From the NCBI GenBank assembly GCA_951406725.2, contig OX597823.1, positions 52,390,001-52,454,000 of the forward strand: 64,000 nucleotides of DNA, in the 5' to 3' direction. The position numbers and the translations under genes are program-made. The DNA is from Octopus vulgaris. Taxonomy: Eukaryota. Under the pieces are notes generated by a model that had not been told where the DNA came from, made no database searches, and saw nothing but the letters and a program-made list of their open reading frames with translations. This document shows positions 28,816 through 37,914 of the stretch, in pieces (the stretch's first letter is position 1; every line of letters starts with the position of its first letter).

Positions 28816-29027
28816 TGCATGTACAGGTACAGGACATCACCAACGGTGCAAATGGCATACACACAAGAGATAGATACAAGACGTGGACAGTAGTTACAGG
28901 CCCAAAATGAGTGAAATACGTAAACAGTGAAAAGAAAATGGCAAACAGGACAAGTCAACAGAGAAAAAGGACCCTTCATCAGTTGCTGGCTGCCTATCTA
29001 CTCCTCATTTCAAGCATTCAAATGACA
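28815..29027 (-). repeat. Dispersed microsatellite-associated repeat (likely PLE terminus); related copy on + at ~26210-26320
   Basis: Both copies share ACTTGTCCTGTTTGCCATTTT and GTGATGTCCTGTACC. Confidence 0.45.
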
Positions 29028-29351
29028 TATATATATGTATATGTATGTATATATAAATATATATAAATATTAATGAATATATATATATATCACTATATCA
29101 CTATATCAGCCAGGCTATCAGATGTTGTTATACACTGCTTGTCACAATACACTTACTTGCATTGTTGTAGCTTATGAATGATTCTAATTCATTGCAGGGT
29201 TATCCACTTACAGCTAACAGCATGAAATGAAGGGTTTTGTTCAAGAACACAATGCACTAACAGTTTTGGCAACAAAATCACAATCCCAAGAATGTGAGTA
29301 GAACAGCCTAACATCTGGGCCATAAATATATATATCTATAATCCCATAGAA

Positions 29352-29395
<44 letters not shown>

Positions 29396-29398
<3 letters not shown>

Positions 29399-29595
29399 AA
29401 AGTTTACGAAAAGAACAAAAGAAGAAAAAAGGTGGTGTACAAAACAAACAGATGTATTAGTATAACGCTCAGGAATAGAAAAAGGCTTTTACGTTTCGAG
29501 CCTACGCTCTTCTACAGAAAGGTACACAGAAAAAACAAAGAGAGAAACAAGGAGAGAAAAAAAATGAGTGTAGTGGCTAACGATCTATCATGGCA
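29396..29595 (-). mobile_element. PLE-type terminus remnant (same family as 10648-10830)
   Basis: Minus strand GAAGAGCGTAGGCTCGAAACGTAAAAG hairpin/GAAA motif. Abuts (TA)n. Clear similarity to 10648-10830. Confidence 0.5.
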
Positions 29596-30039
29596 ACTAG
29601 TCATCGTTTAAAGATGATGTTCCTAATCCTTTGACAATGGAAATGGTAACAACTATTATTTTCTGTTATGGATATTCCTTAATTCTTCAGCAATGGATAT
29701 GGTAGCTATACATATACATACATAATGGATTTATGAAACAAATGGTTTACACCTGGTAGCTTACTTTCACAGCAACCATTATGTATATGACAAACGAAAG
29801 ACGGAAGAAATATGTACATACATACACATATTTCAGTGTGTGTGTGTGTGGAGGAGTACATACGTGTATGTATACATTTGTGTGTATGTATGTGTGGGTA
29901 TATGTACATACATATGTATAAACATGAGGAATCGATGCTAGATGTGTCGATATAATTGTTGTGATTAATAATAAATTCTCATATATTCTATCTTCCATCC
30001 TTCATTTGCCATATATATATGTATCTATCTATCTATCTA

Positions 30040-30088
<49 letters not shown>

Positions 30089-30175
30089 ATGTATATATCT
30101 GTATATGTATATATATGTGTGTGTGTGTGTATGTATATATCTATATGTATGTATATATATATATACATATATATG

Positions 30176-30365
30176 TAGTTCCCGGGTTGATACGGGGTTA
30201 ACCACAGTAAGTAAGGTACTCAATACATAGCAGAGTAAAATTAATTTATTATATAGAAGGAGCTTCTACAGGACTAGTACTGTTTCATTCAAGAGAAATC
30301 TTCCTGAAGATTTCTCTTGAATGAAACAGTACTAGTCCTGTAGAAGCTCCTTCTATATAATAAAT
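30176..30365. mobile_element. Fold-back (inverted) PLE terminus with hammerhead core
   Basis: Perfect inverted repeat ~30244-30365 with a 2-nt loop. The right arm begins CTGAAGA..GAAAC-AGTACTA-GTC. The left arm extends ~70 bp further, to a (TA)n junction. Confidence 0.6.
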
Positions 30366-30656
30366 ATATATATATATATATATATGCATGCACATATGTA
30401 GGTACATATATCCACTCATACACACACAGATGTATATACATACACGTATGTACCCCTTCACACTTACACACACACACACATACACACTGAAGTATGTGCA
30501 TGTATGTACCTATTTCAACATCTCTGAACATTTCAAAATTTTGCTGGCCTCAAGATTTAAATAGAAATTATTACTGTATGACCATACAACCTAAAATTGG
30601 AGTGCCTCTGGCATTATTAAAATCTGGTGTGAATTTGACACTGGTATATTGCAGGT

Positions 30657-30704
<48 letters not shown>

Positions 30705-30901
30705 TGTAACATGTATTTCTGACACATTAGTCAGAAGAGGCAATGTACAGTAAGATGTACTAAGGGAAATTTAACAAAATTCCTAAAGTAAAATTGAATA
30801 ATTCTAACAACACCATCACACATATAAGTAGCATACATGTACATATGTTTACACTCACACACACACATACACACACACACACATATATATATATATGTAT
30901 A

Positions 30902-30950
<49 letters not shown>

Positions 30951-30958
<8 letters not shown>

Positions 30959-31301
30959 ACATTTTTGTATTCATAATATCCAATGTGACAATTATGTAAA
31001 AAACTTTTTTGAATGCATAATATTCAATGTGACAATTATGTAAAAAACTTTTTTTGAACCCATAATATCCAATGTGACAATTATGTAAAAAACTTTTTTG
31101 AATGCATAATATTCAATGTGACAATTATGTAAAAAACTTTTTTGAACCCATATTATTCAATGTTTCCTTAAATGTAACTTTTGACAATCTTTTACCAAAG
31201 AGTGAAACCGGTTAAGTAAATAAACATCGTTTAAATTGCATTTTCAAACCTTTTTTCTTATATAATCCCACTCGTGCGATACCCCACAACTCAACTTTTT
31301 T
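30951..31301 (+). repeat. 5' pseudo-LTR of the PLE, containing 44-bp tandem units
   Basis: Near-identical to 36821-37127. AATGTGACAATTATGT starts at 30982, 31026, 31071 and 31115. Confidence 0.92.
31177..31217 (+). ncRNA. Candidate minimal type I hammerhead ribozyme (U3-A8 variant), 5' pseudo-LTR
   Basis: ACTT-TTGACAA-TCTTT(TACC)AAAGA-GT-GAAA-CCGG-TT-AAGT. Stem I ACTT/AAGT, palindromic loop 3, two extra nt before GAAA. Confidence 0.6.
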
Positions 31302-31333
31302 ATATATATATAAACATCACACGAGTCCCGAAA

Positions 31334-32131
31334 ATGCCACCCAAATCACAACAAGCAGAATCTTTAATGAACCAAAATATCCTAAAAGAATTACAAGAAA
31401 TCTCCTCGAAACTTTCAACCATAATAAACAAAGTCGAACAATCGCACTTATACCTAAATGGACTCATGGAGGCCAAAACAACCAATCAAATCCCTGACAT
31501 CATCCCAACACTGCAAAACCTAATGAAATCCATAGAGACGGCAGTGCTCCCAAAGCAGGAGCAAACTAAAGACTGCTTCTCAATTAAAAGCTCTCTTAAC
31601 AACACCTGGAGTAAAAATCTCAAAGCGCGTAAGTTTGCCTTCTGGAATTTCATAAAAAATAACAACAAAGCTGACATTTATGAAAAGTGGCTCAACTCCA
31701 CCCCTATCATCCTACCCAGAAAACTACAAATAAAACCCATCCAAAATGAACCAGAAAACCAAAAAAACCTCAGGGAGAAACTAGCTTTTGAAAAATTCAA
31801 AACGGAAGTAGAACTCTTGCGGCTCAGAGCCAACACCAGTGAAGAAAAATCCAAGACCCTTGACAATGAAATGCAGATTGAAATCTCAAAACACTGTGAA
31901 GGAGCACTCCTTGATGAAACCACCAAACTCTGGAGAAAAAACTGCGAGGATGAAGAAATAACATCCCTCCAGCGAATGGAAAAAAACAGCTGGTTCACCA
32001 ATTATGAAACAGAGTTCACAAAGGAACACCTTTCAAGCAACCCATATTTTAAAATATCTACTTCAACTCACACCCCTCTGCCAAAAACAAAGAAAACCAA
32101 CCACAAAACACCGAACACACACCACCCCTAA
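31334..32131 (+). CDS. PLE upstream ORF1, N-terminal helical/coiled-coil-like part (MPPKSQQ..., 265 aa before a frameshift)
   Basis: ATG at 31334 just after the 5' pseudo-LTR. Non-repetitive, K/E/L-rich, with heptad-like segments (LKELQEISSKLSTIINKVEQ; LREKLAFEKFKTEVELLRLRA) and spaced Trp residues. Confidence 0.7.
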   Translation: MPPKSQQAESLMNQNILKELQEISSKLSTIINKVEQSHLYLNGLMEAKTTNQIPDIIPTLQNLMKSIETAVLPKQEQTKDCFSIKSSLNNTWSKNLKARKFAFWNFIKNNNKADIYEKWLNSTPIILPRKLQIKPIQNEPENQKNLREKLAFEKFKTEVELLRLRANTSEEKSKTLDNEMQIEISKHCEGALLDETTKLWRKNCEDEEITSLQRMEKNSWFTNYETEFTKEHLSSNPYFKISTSTHTPLPKTKKTNHKTPNTHHP

Positions 32132-32677
32132 CATCGACAACAACAACAACAGAACTTACAGACAGCACTACAATCCCATCAAAAGAACCGAGACACCCAT
32201 CATCACACGACAAAACTTTACCAGACAACGTAGACCCCAACCCACACAAGAACCGTTCCAGATTCGGAGATCCTACCCATCACTTAGAAACCCATCTCTG
32301 AACTATGATTGTAGATTCCAACCCAAACCGCTCCTAACTCAGAGTTCTCCCCCAACATATAGGAATTCACTCCTAAACCATGAATATAGTTTCCAACCCA
32401 CTCTAAGGAACCAACATTACACCCAGGACAAACAACCCAAACCCTGGAATAACCAAAACTCTTCCAGGAGGCCACACCAACAACCCAGACCCTAGAACAA
32501 CCAAAACCTCCTCAACAGACAACATAGCAACGGGGGACAGAATCACAACAACCAAAACCTCTTCAACAGACATGTCAACGGGGGACAGAATCACATACAG
32601 CAAAATACCGCAAATAGAAGAACCCCCAGGATTCCTTTTTAGGCAAGGGCATCAGTTTCCACGACACCAGATGGTAG
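32085..32677 (+). pseudogene. Disrupted low-complexity (Q/N/P/R-rich) C-terminal continuation of PLE ORF1
   Basis: Frame of ORF 32004-32495. The TAG at 32493 aligns with TGG at 32445 in a 48-bp-offset internal repeat. That frame then runs to 32642, and the original ORF1 frame reads DSFLGKGISFHDTRW* ending at 32677. Confidence 0.5.
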
Positions 32678-34947
32678 ATACCAACCCCGAAAAACCAAAA
32701 ATAGTGAATCTTTCTAACCTAAACCTGTCGACACCACAAATAAAAATCCTTTCAAGAGGACTAAAATTCACTCCAACTCCGCAATACCCTAACCTGAGGG
32801 AAATACAGGATGACATCTCGCACTTTTGCAGAAAATTACGCCTCACAGAGGAATTTTTTGACAGAAAAACTAATAATAACGACGAATCAATGGTCTGTAA
32901 CAAAAGCAACTATAATCCCATAAAAGGCAAAAACAAAACCTTAGACAAATTTTGCGATTACATCTCCAACTTCCCTTATGGTGAACTCCCACAACCTAAA
33001 CTCAAACCCAACACCAGTAAAAGAGAATGGGAAATCATCCATACGCTACAAGACAATCATGACGTCACAATAAAGGAAGCTGATAAGGGTAGTACGGTCG
33101 TTGTTATGAATACTGAGCAATATAAAAACTCTGTATCTCTCCTTTTAGAGGATACCACATACTACGAAAGAGTAGTCGACTACCAGCAATCCAAAACAAT
33201 GACCAATCTGAAGGCACTCATTTACCAACACCGGAATGACTTGACAGCAAAGGAATGCGACTACATTACTAAATTTAATTGCAAAACCAGCACACTCTAT
33301 GGGCTTCCAAAAATACACAAGAGTCAAATTATCACAGAAGCTTGCAAAAAGTCCACTTCAACCTGCATCACTATACCACATCCCACTGATCTCAAACTGA
33401 GACCAATAGTGGCAGGCCCAAGTTGTGAAACACACAGACTTAGCAACTTTATAGATATCATCTTAAAGCCAATACTGAAACACATTCCAAGTATTGTAAG
33501 AGATGACCTGGACCTATTAAACCATCTCCCCAAACATGCCGATAAAGACACCTTAATCGTTTCTTTTGATGTTATTAATCTTTACACCACAATCCCACAT
33601 GAATTTGGACTGGAAGCCATTAAATTCTGGCTGGATAAATATCCCAATGAGATCCCGGAAAGAATTAAAAAAGAATTCATAATTGAGGGCCTCAAATTTA
33701 TTCTGCAAAACAACTTCATGTATTTCCACAACAACACTTACAGACAGGTCTCAGGGACTGCAATGGGTACGAAAGTTGCACCTACCTATGCAAACCTGGT
33801 GATGGCCTACCTGGAATCACATATCTATGAAAAATCCAAATATAAGTACGGCCAGTCTTTCCACAAATACCTGTTGGAGAACTGGAAACGCTACTTAGAT
33901 GATTGCCTCATCCTATGGTCCCACACACTCGACCAACTTATAGACTTCAAAAACCTTATCAACAGTGTAAATAACAACATTCAATTCACAATGGAATATA
34001 GTCAGGACCAACTCCCTTTTCTTGACATCCTAATCATTAAAAAAGGCGTCAACATTGAAACTGACATCCATTACAAACCCACTGACTCTAAACAATACCT
34101 TCTATTCACCTCCAATCACCCAAAACACACAAAGACAAATATCCCCTTCAACCTAGCGAGAAGAATCTGCACTATTGTCTCAAATGACACAACACGAAAT
34201 AGAAGACTCCGGGAACTAAGGGCAATTCTTCTCGAAAGACATTACCCGGCATCACTAGTAGACAACGGAATAGAACGGGCCAAATCAATCAACATTCAAG
34301 ACCTTCGAAAACCCAAACACATCCACAGTACAGTCAATAGCCTCCCTTATCTCTCAACACACAACCCAAGGAATGCAGAAGCTTACACTATTATATACAA
34401 CAACATTCCACAACTAAATCAAGACCCACGCCTGAAAAAAATACTGGCAGCTCATAAAATAATAAAAAGTAAGAGACAACCTAAATCCCTAAAAAACCTC
34501 CTCACCAACGCAAAATTACACAACACAAACCCACCGCCCACCATAAAAAAATGTGGTCGCCCCAACTGTAAGACCTGCATCCACCTCATTGAGGGATCGT
34601 CGTACAAGTTCCACTCGGGACACACATTCATCATAAAAAATAACTTCACGTGCGCATCAAAAAATTTACTCTACGTCATAAGGTGTGAAGGATGCCACGA
34701 AGACTACATAGGGCAAACGAGCCTTACCCTCAGAGACAGAATGACAGTTCACCGACAACAACTGAGGGACCCCTCCACAAGACAGATACCACTAAGTGGA
34801 CACTTAGACCTTTGTGCACACAATAAGTCCCCCAAATTCTTAGTCTTCCCACTATACCAATGCTCGGACAACACCACAGACCAAACACGAATAAATAAGG
34901 AAAGTAATCTTATTCAAAAATACAGACCACAACTAAACATACTCTAA
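32572..34947 (+). CDS. PLE reverse transcriptase + GIY-YIG endonuclease (791 aa as called; frame open from 32407; alternative ATG at 32671)
   Basis: PLE N-terminal motif IVNLS..LS..QIKILSRGLKFTPTP and DKG motif (IKEADKGSTVVVM). RT motifs YGLPKIHK, LRPIVAG, SFDVINLYTTIP, QVSGTAMGTKVAPTYANL, RYLDD (33892-33903), LPFLDI, YKPTD..QYL..SNHP. Cys linker CGRPNCKTC. GIY-YIG LLYVIRCEGCHEDYIGQT..LRDRM..H. No internal stop. Confidence 0.96.
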   Translation: MSTGDRITYSKIPQIEEPPGFLFRQGHQFPRHQMVDTNPEKPKIVNLSNLNLSTPQIKILSRGLKFTPTPQYPNLREIQDDISHFCRKLRLTEEFFDRKTNNNDESMVCNKSNYNPIKGKNKTLDKFCDYISNFPYGELPQPKLKPNTSKREWEIIHTLQDNHDVTIKEADKGSTVVVMNTEQYKNSVSLLLEDTTYYERVVDYQQSKTMTNLKALIYQHRNDLTAKECDYITKFNCKTSTLYGLPKIHKSQIITEACKKSTSTCITIPHPTDLKLRPIVAGPSCETHRLSNFIDIILKPILKHIPSIVRDDLDLLNHLPKHADKDTLIVSFDVINLYTTIPHEFGLEAIKFWLDKYPNEIPERIKKEFIIEGLKFILQNNFMYFHNNTYRQVSGTAMGTKVAPTYANLVMAYLESHIYEKSKYKYGQSFHKYLLENWKRYLDDCLILWSHTLDQLIDFKNLINSVNNNIQFTMEYSQDQLPFLDILIIKKGVNIETDIHYKPTDSKQYLLFTSNHPKHTKTNIPFNLARRICTIVSNDTTRNRRLRELRAILLERHYPASLVDNGIERAKSINIQDLRKPKHIHSTVNSLPYLSTHNPRNAEAYTIIYNNIPQLNQDPRLKKILAAHKIIKSKRQPKSLKNLLTNAKLHNTNPPPTIKKCGRPNCKTCIHLIEGSSYKFHSGHTFIIKNNFTCASKNLLYVIRCEGCHEDYIGQTSLTLRDRMTVHRQQLRDPSTRQIPLSGHLDLCAHNKSPKFLVFPLYQCSDNTTDQTRINKESNLIQKYRPQLNIL

Positions 34948-35094
34948 CATACCCCCTGGAAGCACATCCAGAGCAAGCACACAGGGACGCGCGCACGCTC
35001 ACAGCATATCGTGCGGGCGGGCACATGCGCGCATCGGCACGCATAGGACACACTAGCGGGCATTGACCGCACACATACGTGGCATGCACACGCA

Positions 35095-35132
35095 TGCATT
35101 ATATATATGTAGGTGATGTATGTGTGTGAGTG

Positions 35133-35172
<40 letters not shown>

Positions 35173-35347
35173 ACTGTGTGCGTGTGTGTGTATATGTGTG
35201 TGTGTGCACGTTGTATGTGTGTGTGTGTGCACGTGTGTATATATGTGTGTGTGTGTGTGCACTGTGTGCGGGTGTGTGTGTATGTGTGTGTGTGTGTGTG
35301 TGTGAGCATTGTGTACGTGTGTATGTATTTACATATGTATCTGTTTT

Positions 35348-35386
<39 letters not shown>

Positions 35387-36192
35387 TGTGTGTGTATATG
35401 CATGGTATGTGTGTATATGTTAGTACTTTGTTTGTGTGTATGTGCGGCATGTAGAGATATATTTGAGTGTGTACGCTATAGGTTTGTAATTTGTGTGTGT
35501 GGGGGGTGGTGAATTTTTTATATATATATATGTGTGTGTATGTGTGTGAAAAAATATATGTATGTGCATGTATGTATGTATGTATGTGTGTATATATATA
35601 TATATATATATGTGTATATATATGTGTGTGTGTATGTGTGTGTGTGTATATTTATTTGCATGTTTATGTGTGTATAAACATGTACATTATTTGCATGCGC
35701 ATTGTGTATATGTATATTGTATGTATGTGTATTGTATATGTACGTGTACAATTAAGTGTATATATTTGTGTGTATGTGTGCACTGTATATATGTATATTG
35801 TAGGTGTGCTATATGTGCATGAATACATGTATATGCATTGCGTGTATATATATGTATGCATTGTGTGTGTATGTATGTTATGTGTGTGTGTGTGTATATA
35901 TATATTATATGTATGCGTACGTGTATGTGTATGCATTGTATGTATGTGTGTTGTGTGTATATGTGGTACATCTATGTATGTGTATGTAAACACTATTTAT
36001 ATGTATATGTGTATATATGTATATGCATTGTCTATATATATATATATTATATGTATGTATTGCGTATGTATATTGCATGCATATATTGTGTATGTATATT
36101 ACTTACATGCTGTATGTGTGTATTGTATGTGTGTATATATATGCTAGGTGTATTTGTGTGGTATTTATATTATGTATGTATGTGTGCGTGTG

Positions 36193-36241
<49 letters not shown>

Positions 36242-36445
36242 TTATATATCTGTGTATGTTATATATAGATACATGTTATATTTGTGTGCTGTGTGTATAT
36301 GTGATATATGTGGGTGCGTTGTGTGTGGGTGTGTGTGTTCTGTGTGTGTGTGTGTTGTTTGTATGTGGTGTGTGTTTGTATACTATGTGTGTGTGTGTGT
36401 GTGTTGTTGTGTGTGTGTGTGTTTGTGTGTATATATATGTGTGTG
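35095..36445 (+). repeat. Complex TG/TA microsatellite tract within the PLE 3' UTR
   Basis: ~1.35 kb degenerate (TG)n/(TATG)n, almost C-free on the + strand, between the ORF2 stop and the 3' pseudo-LTR. Confidence 0.85.
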
Positions 36446-36804
36446 ACAAACAGACGCTGTCTGACCAGCAGGCACGGACACATCTATTCACACCCGCATA
36501 CTAACCTCCTGATAACCCCAAAATCATTCATGCATAAAGGGGAAGTATACACCACATTGGCTACTTCTTCTGTTCTCTCAGTTCAGCCTTTCTGCTAATA
36601 CTGACAGGTCAGTAAAAACATACTTAAAATATTCTGAGATGTACAAAAAATCCATTTTAATTTTTGCTGTCAAAACGCTGTATATATATACCAAAGATTG
36701 TATATATATACATGTAATGTGACAATTTGCGACAACCAATAATTAACGCAACCAATTCCCAATAATATATTTGTTTTATCCTTTTCTGCCAAATTTTCCC
36801 AAAT

Positions 36805-37120
36805 AATGTGACAATTATGTATAAAAAAACATTTTTGAATTCATAATATCCAATGTGACAATTATGTAAAAAACTTTTTTGAATGCATAATATTCAATGT
36901 GACAATTATGTAAAAAACTTTTTTGAATGCATAATATTCAATGTGACAATTATGTAAAAAACTTATTTTGAACCCATATTATTCAATGTTTCCTCAAATG
37001 TAACTTTTGACAATCTTTTACCAAAGAGTGAAACCGGTTAAGTAAATAAACATCGTTTAAATTGCATTTTCAAACCTTTTTTCTTATATAATCCCACTCG
37101 TGCGATACCCCACAACTCAA

Positions 37121-37127
<7 letters not shown>
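36805..37127 (+). repeat. 3' pseudo-LTR of the PLE, containing 44-bp tandem units
   Basis: Units start at 36805, 36852, 36896 and 36940. Ends CCCCACAACTCAACTTTTTT followed by (TA)n. Confidence 0.92.
37003..37043 (+). ncRNA. Candidate minimal hammerhead ribozyme (U3-A8 variant), 3' pseudo-LTR
   Basis: Identical to 31177-31217. Confidence 0.6.
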
Positions 37128-37159
<32 letters not shown>

Positions 37160-37182
37160 ATGTATATATATATATATGTATA

Positions 37183-37239
<57 letters not shown>

Positions 37240-37339
37240 GAAAGAATGGAGTCGAACGAAGATGTTAACAAAATTCCTTTACTCTCGACATATTTTCCAT
37301 GCTGACGATAAACATATAAACAGAGGATAATTCATTCAC

Positions 37340-37387
<48 letters not shown>

Positions 37388-37914
37388 GTGTGTTTGTATA
37401 TATGCATATGTGTATGTTTATACATGCATGTATGCTCAGAGATATATACATAAAATCAATCATACACACGTGTGCACACACACACACACAGAAACAAACA
37501 CATATACACACATTAGGCTTAGACATACATAACTATCTGCATAAATACCTCTATGTATATCTAATTTTCTATTATTTACAATCTGTTTATCTCTCTGTCT
37601 ATCTAACTCTATTTCTCTATCATTTCTCTCTCTCTTTCTCTTTCTCTCTTTCTCACTCTCTCTAACTCTCTTTATATATATCTTTTACTTGTTTTAGTCA
37701 TTTGACAGTTGCCATACAAGGGCACCACCTTAAAGGGATTTCAGTCAAACAAATTGAACCCAGGACTTATTTTTTAAAGCCTAGTACTTATTCTATTAGT
37801 CTATTTTGCTGAACTGCTAAGTTACAGGAGATAAGCACACCAGGAGCAGTTGTCAAGTGGTGGTGGGGGACAAACACTAACACAAAGACACACATACAAT
37901 ACATATATATATAT

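Larger units (their letters stand above)
30951..37127 (+). mobile_element. Penelope-like retroelement (Neptune-like), near full length, with two direct pseudo-LTRs, inserted in a (TA)n microsatellite
   Basis: RT+GIY-YIG ORF at 32572-34947. Direct terminal repeats at 30951-31301 and 36821-37127 differ by only a few substitutions and one repeat unit. (TA)n lies on both flanks. Confidence 0.95.

Noticed and set aside
30982-31160. CRISPR-like array (repeat plus short variable part)
   Set aside because: The variable parts are ~12-nt variants of one sequence rather than unique spacers. There are no cas genes and the context is a eukaryotic TE, so it is a tandem repeat.
32572-34947. Selenoprotein-type (Naiad) PLE
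   Set aside because: The ORF has no in-frame TGA, and no SECIS was recognisable.
32572-34947. LTR retrotransposon or telomerase
   Set aside because: No protease, RNase H or integrase, no TG..CA LTR ends or PBS. The DKG motif and C-terminal GIY-YIG identify a PLE.
35053-36598. Many overlapping Cys/Val/Tyr/Ile- or His/Thr-rich ORFs (also throughout 50-64 kb)
   Set aside because: Translations of TA/TG microsatellites that lack stop codons.
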